A stretch of 60,246 nt of DNA, counting the filler, from Sphacelaria rigidula (lineage: Eukaryota): NCBI GenBank assembly GCA_964200075.2. It is 10 parts of 10 records of this genome, joined end to end, with 100 filler letters (N's around TTAATTAATTAA, not from the genome) between each part and the next. Parts side by side here need not be neighbours in the genome. Positions count along the whole stretch, not along the records: positions 18,106 to 24,040 come from CAXNAA020023361.1; positions 24,141 to 30,075 come from CAXNAA020023362.1; positions 30,176 to 36,110 come from CAXNAA020023363.1; positions 36,211 to 42,144 come from CAXNAA020023364.1; 6 more parts are not named here. One strand, 5' to 3'. A model generated the notes under the pieces. The model ran no database searches. It saw only the letters and a program-made list of their open reading frames with translations, and was not told the DNA's origin. Shown here one piece after another: positions 23,548 to 36,650 of the stretch (position 1 is its first letter; the number at the start of each line of letters is the position of its first letter). The translations under genes were made by a program, and so were the position numbers.

Positions 23548-24427
23548 TAGGAAGGGAAAATATGAATGGAGATGAAACACACGCAATGAACTAAAAAAAA
23601 ATGATGGATAAAAAAAAGGGAGAGGAGAAAATGCATACACGAACAAGAACGAGTGCTTCCGACAAGAAAAACAAAATAATATTGCTATGAACAAGGACGG
23701 TCCGCACGTGTGCGATATGGCTTCACGTACAAGGATCGTGATGAAACACACACACACACAGACGCAAACGAACAAAACGAAACAAAACAAAAATGAGAAC
23801 GTAAAAGGCCGGAGGTCACGGCTCAGTTTTTCGGAACAATAGTACTTGAGCATGAACGCTCACCCACGAGCTCTATGACAAGACAATACTACCTACAGAG
23901 CAAAACAAAACGATAGGGGGAAAGATAAAGGCAAGAGATAAAAATGAGTGAGAAGAGAAAGAGAGCGGGGGGGGGGGGGGGGACCAGCAAACTTTCATAC
24001 CCTAAGTTCTTGGTGAGAGAGTGAGCTATCCCAAAAAAAANNNNNNNNNNNNNNNNNNNNNNNNNNNNNNNNNNNNNNNNNNNNTTAATTAATTAANNNN
24101 NNNNNNNNNNNNNNNNNNNNNNNNNNNNNNNNNNNNNNNNGACCGCATGTGAGCGCACACCATCAAGCAAGTTTGTAGAGTCTTATCATCCGACGGAATC
24201 CACAAAACATCACCACAGCCAATATTCACGTGGAATAAACCATCGTCAGCCATAATAGCTCGACCGAAAATCGTAGGGAAAGAATGAACACTGTCGCCGA
24301 CTGTTTCGCGCTGCGCGGTACGAATGACACCTAACGAGGGCAGCGAATCATCGACATCACACGGGGTGTACACGGCAACAGAACGAACAGGCACGGTAGG
24401 AACCTTCACCCAGAGAGACAACAAATC

Positions 24428-26782
24428 TCACCAACAATTGCGCTCTCCAGGAATGTAATCAATGACATACCGATATTGGCCTAGTTCTCCTTTCCAATTT
24501 TCAAGCCGTTGTGCCATGGCCTTCGTCACCGATGTGACACACCCTTCGGGGTTAAAAATGTACTTAAGATTGCGATGGTCGGTGAAAATGCGAACACCAC
24601 CCCCCAAAGCAAGTACTCTAGCCTTCGAGATGTATTGACTATCGCGAAACCTTCCTTGTCCAGTGTCGCCCACCGCAACTGTGAAGCCTTCAAACTACCA
24701 CTCAGAAAAGCCAACGGTTCGTGTGACATGTTTTCGAGCGCAATGCCACTACTAAACTCTGCGACAGGCACTTGCGTAAAAGAACTACCCCAGTGAAAAT
24801 CTGAAGCATCTGGAAACATGAGAACAACGCACCCTGGACGAGGATGATACAGCGGCACCGCTTGCGCCACCAAATCTTGCGCTGCACGCCATGCCCGCAC
24901 ACGACCCTCCGTCCAAGCGTCCTCCGGAATGGTATGATTACGCGTCACCCACTTGGTCCGACGCGAAGCCCCGACCATGAGTTGTTCCAGAAATACTCGA
25001 AGCGGAGCAACTACTTCCGCCATGCGCGAGAGCGACGTCCGCAACCAATTAACCGCCTGCAGAAACTGCATCAGCTCACTAGCGTTTTGAGGACGTCGCA
25101 TATTGCTCAAACCTTGAATACGGACGGAATCATGCGAAACAGTACCCTTGGAGTACTCCTTACCACACCAAACCACTTCGCGTGCGAAAAAAGTACACTT
25201 GTGCGCAGCGACGAACAGACTAACACTCTCCAAGCGGCCGAGAATTTCGTCAAGCAAAGCTAACAGTGCTTCTTCGGTTTCAGTAAAATAGAAAACGTCA
25301 TTCACCCACACTTTACAATCCAGATGTCACAAAATGTCAGTCAGCACACCTTGGAAATACGCCGTGGCGTTCAACACGCCCTGCGGGACACGAGTAGGCG
25401 TAAACAAACCGTCCGGCGTGACGATAGTGTACATTTCCTGAGCCTCCGGTGCCAGAGGTATCTGCCAATACCCCTGTAGCAGGTCCAACTTGCCCAAGCA
25501 TTGGGCTCCCAGCAACTCCCACATGTCTTCTTGGCTTGGCATCACCCCCCGGAGACTGTTCCACTTCCGCGTTCACCGCCTGATAGTCGCTGACCAAACG
25601 GAATGTGTCCCTTTTCGGCACCGCCATCGCCGGACTCGCCCACACAGCCTGGGTGTTCCTCATCACTGAACCAAACGCCACCAAAGCTGCGATGCATGAG
25701 GCAAGCCACCCGGTCTTCACCGGATCGTACCGTCTGGGCTTGGCCTTCACCGCATTTGCCTGGGGCTTGAGCTGCACCCTCATGGGCTCAACACGCGCTG
25801 GCGGATCATCACGCAGCGCACGGCGAAATGTATCTACGCGACGAGCGAAAATATCGCGCAGACAATGTGCGCCATCGGCGCTCAGGCTCTTCTGCTCGGC
25901 CTGCCGCACACTATCCTCAAGCGCATGTTCTCGTGCACCTCTCTCCTCTGCTGGGTCCATGAACATATCAGGCCCCCGATCGACCCAGCGCTCTACCGCT
26001 TCATCAGCAGGAGCCTCCTCCCCATTGGCGCCCTGGAATGACCGTATAGATACGATCACACGCCTTGCAGTAAGGTAACTGGGGCTTTCCACGCCGGTTT
26101 GCACCGCCACAGCACGCGGACGGAACTTCTCCAACGCCAGCGAATATAGAGCAATCCCAAGCTCCTTCATTGTCGACATCCCAAATAGAACCACGTTGTC
26201 CCTACCGGGCATGACAGCGAACGTAATGGGCTGCAACTGCACAGCCCCCCACGGCGTATACACGCTAAAAGTATTTGGCATCGTTTTGTGTGTAACCGTC
26301 ACGGGAGCACCTGTGGCGGTCTGCTCCGTTTGCGGTTCGTTTTCGAACGGAATCTGATGCTGAGCGCTGCCAAACTGCGAAGACATCTGTTCTAACAACC
26401 CCACATCGATCGAAGTGAGCGCGGACCCAGAATCCAGAATAACGCAGGCCATGAACGAAGCTACAGAACCAGGCAAGGATAAATCTGCGTGTAAGCATTC
26501 AGCCTTGCGATCGAGAGGTACCACGCCTGCCGAAGAACCCTGTTCGGTCCCGAGAGTCACCTGACGCCAGGGCTGCCCTCCAGCACTTGGCATCGATAGC
26601 TGCGAATCGTCGGTCCAACCAGACAAAGTCGCCGAATATGCAGACGGCGCTGTCACAGCCGTCGCAGCAGTAGGGAATGCACCAGACACGGATTCTGCCT
26701 GGCCGAGGGGTTGTGGGCTATTCGCGAAGTATTTGCATTTCCCACTTACACTGTCCGCCCCGCTACGGACGAACCGTAACAT
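24428..26782 (-). pseudogene. pol: pol (protease-RT-RNase H), frameshifted
   Basis: Four overlapping ORF pieces (25337-26782, 25327-25545, 24526-25311, 24428-24673); the YxDD box has decayed to WVND. Confidence 0.92.
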
Positions 26783-26880
26783 ACAGAGTCACCACCTGAT
26801 GGCGTAGTGGAAGAAACAGCAGCGAAGGCACCGCCATCCGCCGCCGATTGCTTGCTGCTGCGGCCGCCGCGCCCGTGATC

Positions 26881-27699
26881 CTAATTGGCACGGCCCCGTC
26901 CACCGTGACGACCACCCCGAGATCCTGATAATTTTCGTGCATTGCCCTGTGCCGCGCCTTGAGCGCGAGGCTTGGGGCAGTCCTTGATCATATGCCCAGT
27001 GTCGCTGCAGTTGTAACACGTGCGAATGGACGACTCTCGCGAAGACGGCTGCTGTTTCTGTTGCTGTTGGTGTTTACGGCGCATACCACCTGCACTTGTT
27101 GCAGAGTCGCGCTGGCCATGTGCTTCAATGAAGTTCCACTGGTCGGCCGCCTCAAATATGTTTTTGAACACCACCGTCGGGTTCTTTTTCCAGCCGTCAA
27201 CATACGTTAGTACACTTCTAACATACGCCTTGAATTCCGGGGGCGAAATCCCGTCCACCAAAGCTGTGGAAACCGACTCGGCCGGGCCTGGCAGCCAACT
27301 CCTGTCCTCCGCCCGGTACATGGCTTGCACCATCAGGTTCTCTGCAAAAGACCGTTCCATATCTGAGCTGACCATCATCGTACAATCCCTGACAGTTTTC
27401 TCTCCGTTTCCCTTCATTGTAAGTACTTTACGCAGGTCTGCTGCAGTCCGCGTAGCGTCATGCTTTCCACCGGTTGTAGTATACCCGGCATACTGCTTCA
27501 CAGCATCACGCAATTCATCGGGGGGCATAGCCCGACCGTCCTTGTACATGTCTTCGAAGCAGAGGTAAATGTAGACAGGAATTAGTCGCCCTATGCTCAC
27601 TCTTTCATGCCGTATAATTCCTTCTGAATTCGCTAGACTCAACCGCTGTCTGTATTTACGATATCTTACGAAAAAACGCGTGATGCCTCTTCTGTTCAT
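26881..27699 (-). CDS. gag: gag with CX2CX4HX4C zinc knuckle
   Basis: CYNCSDTGHMIKDC near the C-terminus of a 272-aa ORF, upstream of pol. Confidence 0.88.
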   Translation of the reverse strand: MNRRGITRFFVRYRKYRQRLSLANSEGIIRHERVSIGRLIPVYIYLCFEDMYKDGRAMPPDELRDAVKQYAGYTTTGGKHDATRTAADLRKVLTMKGNGEKTVRDCTMMVSSDMERSFAENLMVQAMYRAEDRSWLPGPAESVSTALVDGISPPEFKAYVRSVLTYVDGWKKNPTVVFKNIFEAADQWNFIEAHGQRDSATSAGGMRRKHQQQQKQQPSSRESSIRTCYNCSDTGHMIKDCPKPRAQGAAQGNARKLSGSRGGRHGGRGRAN

Positions 27700-27959
27700 A
27701 ATTTTCCATACTTTGGCGGCTGTAGTGGCTCACCTAACACCAGCGGCGCTGCCGCCGCTTGAGCCATGTCGTCTATGCTTCAAACACTTCACGGTCAGAC
27801 TCTTGCCTGACTTGTGCGTCCTCCAGCTCACGGAGCGCCCCCCTCTGCTGTGCGCTTCAAGGTGGTCTCCTCCTGTCTGTGGGTTAAATTGGCTCTAAGC
27901 TGCTGCCCAACTTTTCTCCTCAGCCAAAACTCCTCTGACAGAGTGCCGGAAGAATAACA

Positions 27960-28225
27960 TCTAGATATTATAGCCTCTGTCAGACGATCTGGACAACAGA
28001 ACTACCCACGAGGTACTCCTCCAGTAGCACTGACCTCGTGCTCGACAAGTCCTTTCTTCTCACTTATTATTATCAGGGAGTGATCCTCAAGAGACCACAT
28101 CAAGAGCCAGACAGCAAGGGGCCACACAAAAGAGGGTAATCAATCCAGGATCCCCTGTCCCCTGCGATTGCTCCGATCATGCATGCGGTTATACTAAAAC
28201 CTACGGCTTGGTATCCTCGGCTACA
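27960..28225 (-). repeat. 5' LTR of gypsy element 1
   Basis: Begins TGTAG on the minus strand upstream of gag; homologous over its length to 58713-58975. Inner boundary uncertain by about 20 nt. Confidence 0.75.
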
Positions 28226-30175
28226 GCCCCATTCATTGTCGATACCAATTTTTCGGGTCCGACTTCAAGTATTGACCGACAAATGGGCCTGCAAACTATA
28301 AATTCGCTTCTAGGCTGGCCCAGCTCGGACTATTGTAGAGCGCCTGCTTTCATGCCCAGAAAATGTGGTGACGGAACACTCGCAACTCGCCGAGCGAGCA
28401 ATGCTGCGGTAGGTGGTGCACTTTTTCAGCGAAAATGTTTTTCGAGGCAGCTCGGGGTGTTGGACGGATCATTTTGAGAATCGGCATCGTTTTATTTGAA
28501 AAATAATGAAAATGATGCCGACTCACGAGAAGGCCCCTGCGTGCTAACACCATGTTTCTGGGAGTCCGGTCCCCGGAGATTTGGGTTGCACAGGAAGCCC
28601 CATATATTTGGGTTCCTGCAAACAAGAGACCCAGAAACAAAAAGCGCAATCCCTACCGCAGCGTTAATCGAGCCCCGAAGACGCGGAACCGTTTATACCG
28701 TCGATAAAACTGGAAGTTGTGTTCAACTGGAACTGGTGGCGAGGGCGCCAGTTTATCCAGTCTATTTGAGGTTTGCCGTCACCAGCTATTTTTATACCAA
28801 TTTTGGTATGGTGACTTTATATTTTATCAAAAACATGCGTACACCATTATATACAATTTAAACCCCAATTGAGGCCTGCACTTCACACTTACAGAGGGAC
28901 ACTGGGTATCAATGGAGACGGAGGGTGCCCCGAAGGCGTCGACGGGAGTTGTTTGCGTCGATGACGCGTGAAGCAGCGGTGGACAGCTTCATGCTTCGTC
29001 TTCCCGTGTTTCGGTCGACTTGTACAGCATAGGTCTCGCGTTCTGTGGCAGTGCCATGGCACACGAACGGGTTCGTCCTGGGCCAGTCACTAGCCGACCA
29101 CTTCAGGTGCCTTCTGCTTCTTGTCCCGGCTTCTTCGTTGGTATCTCTTGGTTCTACAGTAGTTTTCCGTTTTTTTCGGCCGTACTTAGCATGTAGGTCG
29201 AGGGCTGGTCAGTCGAAGGAGGAAAAGGAAGGCAGAAAGAAGAGTTGTGACTTGCGTACGACGGCACGCTTGATGTGGAACTACCGGACGCCAAAACCCA
29301 ATTAATTGCCCATTGCCAATTGCATGACGAAGAGCGCTTTGAACGTGATGCAGTACATGCTTACCACACCTCGAAGTGATACAGCGGATATATGCCGAGG
29401 TTTGTCGTTTCATCCCACGACATCCGAAAACAATAGAGTGACAAATGGAAACTCGCGTCATCACAAAATACAAAATGCACATGGCTTGTTATTCAACTAC
29501 ATGCATGTTTGTCGGTCCGAACGTGAATAACTTTGCGCTCTTATTCCCACGTGCTGCCAGCCTTGGCTCCCTTGTTCCCACCGTCTACTCCTCACGGAGA
29601 GTCTTTGCTGCTGCAACGGAGAGTCTTTGCTGCTGCATGCTACATATAGATGTATCTTTTTTGCAGTTGCTTTCGAATTTTGTCACATTATGCACTCCCG
29701 CCCCTCCCCCCCCCCGACTTGGTGGGGGGTATGGGGGGGTAGGGAAGACCTCATGAATCACCCGTTCAAAAACAGTGTGAGTCCCCACGTATCCGACCGT
29801 TGGCTCCCACCTAGAGATTGCACTGAGCGCAATCGCACCAGCCTCACATCAACGCAAATCTCCACACCAGCCTGCGTGTGCACCCATTGTGGTGTACACA
29901 CACCGCTAGCCAACGTCCTGCCGACAAGAACCCCACCGACGTGTACCATGCAAGGCAAAATTCACGTATCCACACATTTTACCCCACTAGAACCCCGGCG
30001 ACAACGTGTGCCGGCAAACAAAGGGGTACCATGGTTCTGTCGACCCACGGCCTGCTCCGGTCTCGCTACGCGTATNNNNNNNNNNNNNNNNNNNNNNNNN
30101 NNNNNNNNNNNNNNNNNNNTTAATTAATTAANNNNNNNNNNNNNNNNNNNNNNNNNNNNNNNNNNNNNNNNNNNN

Positions 30176-30241
30176 CCGGCTTTGTAGGGATGCGAGGTCA
30201 ATGGTCTTATGACTATGGCATGCATGATCATGAGTACACCC
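30176..30241 (-). mobile_element. Family A left terminus, cut by the linker
   Basis: Reverse complement GGGTGTACTCATGATCATGCATGCCATAGTCATAAGACCATTGACCTCGCATCCCTACAAAGCCGG. Confidence 0.9.
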
Positions 30242-30894
30242 TTCTCAAAAAGGGTACCCAGGGGTCCCCTCCTCCCCCCCCTACGGCCCCAGAATGAAGT
30301 TTGAGCGATCTGGGGGGTGGTGGTGCCGTCATTTCCCCATATAGGGCCCCTCGGCCCAGCGTGCAGCTGCTTGACGCTTGACACTGCCTCTTGCCTGCCT
30401 GAGAAACAGCAGTTTGCAAGTTATAGTCTGTGGCATACCGGGAAGCAAGTCGTGTACGTGTACTTGGAAACAAGAATGGTCGTGACTGGGACTGGTGCGG
30501 GACGACCTAGCGGGAATTCGCCGGGAAACGGCTCACGTCTCAGCGCCGGCTTGCTGCGGACCCTTGCGAATGTAGGGCGACGGCGATAACAGGAGCACGA
30601 TTTATGCTTCGATACAACTTTACGCACCCGTGCAATGACACATCACCATACCCCAGGTGCGTGCGGCAGGCTTTCATCTTAGAGTAGAAGGGCCCAGTCG
30701 AGACGACTCCGGTTTCACCGACGAAATCCGAAACCGCAACGTCACGAACACCGGAATAAATTGAAGTTGGAAGCACCCTGGACACGGGACAATCTATATG
30801 AAGAATGCACGTCCCCACCCACCTGTGGCACAGACAGGTTACCGATGGCGCTGTGGATATGCCTTAGCTCAGCTGCTTGGGTTAGGGTTAGCGT

Positions 30895-31649
30895 TGTTGT
30901 GAATTGGATATACGGACTACCGACATGATAATATAGCTTTCAGCAATGTGGTGGATGCACCACGAACCATCATGCTGTTGTGTCTCTTCAACTTCAGGGC
31001 TGCCTTGAAACCCAATCGTGACGGGTGCTGCATGAAGGTCGGTTTCACTCGCTTCTGTAATATGGAGGGGTATGAACAGGTTCCACACCTTCCTAGGTAA
31101 GATCAATGTGCGGCGAGCTTGGTAAGATGCGCAAACGCGCAAGGTGTCCGAGTAAAACAAGCTGCAGATACACACATGCAGATTCACGTGACTGTTGGTC
31201 ACAGTAGCAAATAAACAAAAGGGAGCTCAAAGGCTTGATATCTTTTAATCTCACTGATTTATTCCCTTGATCGCCCAGCACACTGTTCTCATCAGTGGTA
31301 AACAGTAGAAGCAGATGGTCCGGCTCAAAGGGTAGCTCAAGAGTGAGCGAGGGTGCACGGTGCATGCTAAACCTATTTTTGAACTCTGCCCGGGCAGGCG
31401 TTTCGCCTCCCCGGGACTAGGGCACACCAATCTGTACACTACTCTTCCCCAGCTAGGGTACACCAGTCTGTACACTAATCTTCCCAGAGCTATGAGAGCA
31501 TTCCCGTGGACAGATCGAATGATCTGTAAGCCAACCTGCCCCAAAGTTATCTGTGGGAACAAACAACGCCTCTCTATCTTCCTTCCTCATGACACTCACC
31601 CACCCAGACGAACCTCTATTTGAGTTGCGATGAAATCTCAAGAGCAACA
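30895..31649 (-). repeat. Putative 3' LTR of gypsy element 2
   Basis: TGTTG...CAACA inverted ends, minus-strand AATAAA at 31258-31263, internal ~36-nt tandem duplication at 31417-31490; downstream of pol. No second LTR in the fragment and no clear polypurine tract. Confidence 0.4.
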
Positions 31650-32739
31650 AAAATTTAGGCTTGTCTCACCCATCAAGTCATGAGGAGACAACGCGAAAAA
31701 GGAGGGGGAAAAAACAAGAGGGCAATGACCAGCCCGGTGCCCGATCCTCCCACACCTCAAACAAGAAAAACCAAAGGTGCCTCAAGAAGCGCAATTACGC
31801 AATTGCGATGGACTGCGCAGGAGCACACAATGCTGCGGCGAGCTAGCGAACACGGAAAAAGCACACAATGCTTTGACGCGCTAGCTAGATAAAAACAAAG
31901 GAAAACCCCACAAAGAACACAGTGGTAATCTCAAGCAGGAAGACAAAAACTCAAGGACCCGAATAGGGTCGAGCGTCAGCCAGATAAAGCGGCGGCAGCG
32001 TAGGGGCCAATGGAAGGGGGCGGAGGGGTTCCAGAAGAAGTCGTCGAAGAAGTCGATGAGGGTAGTGATGAGCCGCGATAGGAGAGCTAGCGTAGGTGAA
32101 GAAGTGAAGAGTAGAGCGTACCTGAGTGGGGACAAGGGCAGTACCAGAACCAAACTGGGAGAGGAGATACAAGTCGCGATAAAAGGAGTGCGAAGACATA
32201 GAACTCAAGACGGTGCATTGATGTCGTGTGTACGATCGATATTGCGCTGAAGACCTCGGCGTAAGCCGTGTGACTTGAAGCGCTGTAGGCACCAGGAACC
32301 GCGGGGTGCGGAAGTGTCATGGCTCGATACTCACCACCTAGGTAGGAAGGTGCCAGTTCAGTGGGCACCTGGGCTAGCGGGCTCAAACACAATCATGAGT
32401 ATCGAAGCCATCGAGCTCGACTTTACCGAGTGCAGAGCCAGTCATGTTCGCAGCGTCGGGCTACAGACCCGATAAGCCGCTCAGACGCGAGAACATCATA
32501 TGTTGCATGAAGGTCAGGCTTACATTTGTGAAGACCAGAGAATCCTCTGAGATAGCAGTCCGTGATGGCGTAGATTCTCTTGTATTATTGGCGTACAGGC
32601 TAACTTGTGCTTTGCTAGTTAAGATGCATAGTCCAGAACGCTGTGACACGTGAGGGCAGCCGGCTCGATCCAACCACAATGGAGTATGAGCCATCAGGTA
32701 CCAAGCATGACAAAGTATGGCACATGGGAACCTAATCGA

Positions 32740-35700
32740 CTGGACAATGACCAATAAATCTGTAACAGAAGGGCTGGTCGTGTAAAAATCGGGGCGAAGC
32801 TTTAGCTGAACTGGGCCAGGGTCGTCGAGGAAACGCACGATGTACGTGTCGACCGCGAGGGCATCGACGGAGTGAATCTGACCTAGCTACCAGCGGTAAT
32901 CGTTGCCCTTATACCACAAGTAGGCACCTTTAGAGAGTGGTTGTTGTTTTGCGCGAATCTTTTCGTCCCATTATTTGGTGGGTACGAGCTCGTAACTATC
33001 AGCTACAAAATGTAGTCCTTTGTCGCGGTGGAGTTCGCGGGCTGCGGCGCCGCGTCTCGTGTTGCGATATCCCTTGTTGTAAGCGAGTTATTGCTGTGGG
33101 GATTGTGTCCAATAGAGAAGGATGGCACGACGGTGCAGTTGAAGGTCGGACTCGCGTTCCCAAGACGCACGCCGAAGACCTTGCCAGTGTGTCTTGTACA
33201 GCAACTTTGCCGCCTGGACCTCGAGCGATTTGGTGGCCGGAAATGTTGGACACGGCCAAGTGGAGAGGTTGTTCAGTCACGTCATCGGTTGTAACGTGGT
33301 ACGGTGGAGATTTTGTTGATTAGCTGTTGAGCACGTATTGGGTGAGACCTGCTGGCAGGTATTGAGGCATTTCCGTGGTACCATGCGGGTTCGTGCAGGG
33401 CTTGCAACGATGCACAGAGACGCGAGATTTAGTGTCGTGCCCCTGGGGGTCACGAGGTAAATCGAGGTAGAAGAGTTTGCCCCCAACGGGCTTGCCGTCA
33501 GGAGATGTCGGCGAGGGTCCGACTATGAGAATCTTGAACGGACTCGTCCAATTGGGGGACAGTTTCGTCTTCAAGACTGTTGCCTGGGCAGTACGGTCAG
33601 CGCCGTGACGGATGGTGGACAAACTATTGTAGATCCAGACCCAATCGCCGATCTTCCAAGTAGGGCGTTTGTGGATCAAGTTGTAGAGGGCGGTATTGGA
33701 TCTTTCAATGCGTGAGACATTGATAGCGTGTTGTTCGCGCACCAAGGTGAAAACTTTGCGCTGACGAGCTCTGGCGAGGTCGTGGTAGGACATCTGATCC
33801 TGTTCCAGACCTTGGTGACCATCGAAGGTATGCCGTTCGAAAACGGTGATGGGCAGACGAGGGTAGCGTCCAAGATGCAGCTCGTTGGGCGAGAGGCCCG
33901 TAGCCGCGCTCACCGAATTGTTGTAAGACAACATGACATGCGAGAGATGAAGGTTCCAATCATTTTGCCGGTCGTTGACGACCATGGATAGCATTTGAGC
34001 CCTCGTGTGGTTCACACGTTCAGTCCCACCGTTACCGTTAGGGTGGTAGGCGCTCGTGGCAATTTTGCGAATGCCGAGGAGCTTGTACAAAGCATCCGAG
34101 AGGTCGGAGCAAAATTGTTGACCATTGTCGGAGAGGAGCCGTTTTGGGCAGCCATAGTGCTTAATGTAGTCATGGACGAGAATGTCCGCTGTGCCGGCAG
34201 CAGTGAAATCGCTAGCAGTGACAGCATACATAGCCGCGTGACGGCGAAGCAGTCGGTGAAGAGTAGAATGTAGGTATTACCATGGTCAGTTGGGGGTAAA
34301 GGGCCGAAGTAGTCGAACGATACAAAGTGACCAGGGGCGTTTGGAAGCTCCATAGAAATCACCGGCCATCGCACAGTCTGTCGAGAGGTTTTGCGAGCCT
34401 AACATTTGAAACATCGGCGGACCCAAAAACGCGTGGATGCTTCCATGCCAATTCACCAATAAAAACGTTCAAGGAGCGCTAACGTGCGCGTGACGCCCAA
34501 GTGGCAGGACAAATCAGAGTGACAGCCTTCCATGACCCACGGACGCATCATGATAGGGACGTAGATGCGAAGTGGGGCGTCATGACGCATATGTGCCGAA
34601 GTGGCAGTTGTTACTGCGGCAGCCGTGCCTAATTGGGAGTTGGATCGGCGAACAAGCAGATGAACGTCCTCGTCAGTCGTAAAGACGGTGCCTTTGCGTG
34701 CCAGCTCGAGTACATCAGAGGCGGCGGGGGCGGGGAGAGTGCCTACGGGGGTCAGGATCTCAGCCGGGAAAGGGGTGGGGCAGTTAAGCCACAAGTACCG
34801 CATTGTCGCGCGACAGAGCGGTTCCTGTTGTTGGTCGCGAGCCCAATCGCGGTGAGAGTACCTAGCGAGAAATTCCCGAAGTTGGCCTTCAGCCGGAGAG
34901 CCAACCAGGCACGGTGGCTCAGGAGGGGGTGGCACAGGCGAAGAAGCAGGTATGCCGAGGTCAACGGGTTGATCCGGGAGCGGATCTGACGCATGTGTAT
35001 TGCGAGTTAGAGGCGCAGGTGCTGGGAGATTCCCAGAAGGCGGCGTGGGTGTAGCGCGAACTGGTGAACGCAATCGGCGCGTGGGGCGCACAAGGGACGC
35101 GGGTGGTGTTGGTTCAACACTGGGCACACGGCCGGTTGTTGGAGGCGTGGTACGGCCCGTGGGGGCACGAGGCGGCGGCGGCGAGGCATTGCTACGAGCG
35201 GCTGGCGACGGTGGTGGCATCACAGCCCGCGAAGAATTGGCACGAGCTGCCGACCGAGAGCGCGTGTTGTCGGAGATGAGGCGAACAGTTGGTGGTGGCG
35301 GCGCCGAGATGTTCGCGCGAGGGCCGAGAGTGCGGAAGTCGGAAAAATCAGCAGCCGTGGGCGCTAAGCCATCCAAGACTGTATCGGGGGGCAGAGGGCG
35401 GGGGCCACCCATGTGCAGACCTGTTTCGGGGCACTGCAGGTCGAACGCGTAGATGGGCGTAGAAAAACGCCGAATGGGGTAGATGCCTGGTTCGTCAGGT
35501 TCAGTCAAGCGGCAAGCGGGACTGAAATCTACCGCTGTAGGAGGTAGAGGCAATCGCGAAAGAAGGTCAGCATTGCCGTTGGTTTTGCCCGGACGGTGTT
35601 CAACAGTGTACTGGTAGGTAGTCAAGAACTTCAGCAACCGTTGTACGCGGGGGTTATGTTCGCCAACCTTGGCGAGTTGTTGAAGAACTCCGTGATCTGT

Positions 35701-36110
35701 ATAGATGTGGAAGGGCACGTGGAACAAGTACTGTCGAAGTCGTTCAATAGCCCAAGTTATGACTCCGCCTTTGAGTTCGAGTGGACATCAGTTTGCCTTG
35801 TTTGGGAGGGTCACGCGGCTGATGTACAAAATAGGTCGGACAGAGCCATCCAGTTGCGGCTGATTCAAAACGGCGCCGAACCCATCTGTGCTAGCATCGG
35901 TGTGTAGTTGGAAAAGACGTGAGCCGTCTTGAACCGCATCCCAATCCGGAAAACAAGGAACCGGTTTTTCGGTCAGTGTTTTGAGCAGTTCGCGGACTGT
36001 GGCCTCCATGTCTTTAGTGAAGACAAACGGGACGTTTTTCTTCAGTAAATCTGTGATGGGCCGGATCTGCTTGGACAAGTTGGGCAAAAATTTGCGATAG
36101 TAGGAAAGTC
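32740..36110 (-). pseudogene. pol: Ty3/gypsy element 2 pol: RT/RNase H - Pro-rich spacer - integrase - chromo-like - Tudor/SH3-like
   Basis: LHTDASTDGFGAVL and YTDH (RH); H...HLG..RT...ERFYW..C..C (IN zinc finger); SFDYFGP, LLSDNGQQF, AYHPNGNGGTERVN (IN core); several frameshifts and stops. Confidence 0.95.
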
Positions 36111-36417
36111 NNNNNNNNNNNNNNNNNNNNNNNNNNNNNNNNNNNNNNNNNNNNTTAATTAATTAANNNNNNNNNNNNNNNNNNNNNNNNNNNNNNNNNN
36201 NNNNNNNNNNTAGGGAAAGCACTGTTTTAGGCTTGAACCTCATCTCGGAGTTAAACCTCAATTCGCACAATTTGTTGTTACATGCTGTTCTTGAAGCAAT
36301 GATGCGCGTGAATGCTTGAGGTACATCAGGCGATCAATTGTCTTCCTCGCTAATTATGCGCGGCTCCACGACAGCCGTTGTTGTTGTTGTTGTTGACGGG
36401 GTATTTTTTGTTTCAAC

Positions 36418-36650
36418 TTATGCTGCCATTTCATGCCGGAGACCTTGGATCTTTATGGGGGAACCGTCCGCGCTCCTGAGATCGATGGGTCCTGGCGGTA
36501 CTGGTTTTATATCATCAGCTGCCATGGTGGCCGGGTGTTTATATTTGGACTTGTTTTTGCTGATACACGGCACATCTGCTGCGGAATCGATTTTGAATTT
36601 TTCAGCGGGGTTGCCGTTTACTGTGGCTGCGACTCTCACACGGGCTGATG
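36418..36650 (-). pseudogene. Retrotransposon aspartic protease remnant
   Basis: ATVNG....FKIDSAADVPCIS...LRSADGSPIKIQG resembles the retroviral-type D(S/T)GA protease with flap region. Confidence 0.6.

Larger units (their letters stand above)
24141..28225 (-). mobile_element. Ty3/gypsy LTR retrotransposon 1 (decayed; 5' LTR-gag-PR-RT-RH, cut before integrase)
   Basis: Domain order gag (CCHC), protease ILDSGS, RT (KLDLLQGYWQI, VPQG), RNase H (DASD..WG, DKEGFAI, TDHRNL), broken by frameshifts. Confidence 0.95.

Noticed and set aside
25605..27568. Plus-strand ORFs opposite gypsy gag/pol
   Set aside because: Antisense shadows of the retrotransposon frames.
30879..30890. GGGTTAGGGTTA telomere-like motif (also ~965-976)
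   Set aside because: Only two units, as expected by chance.
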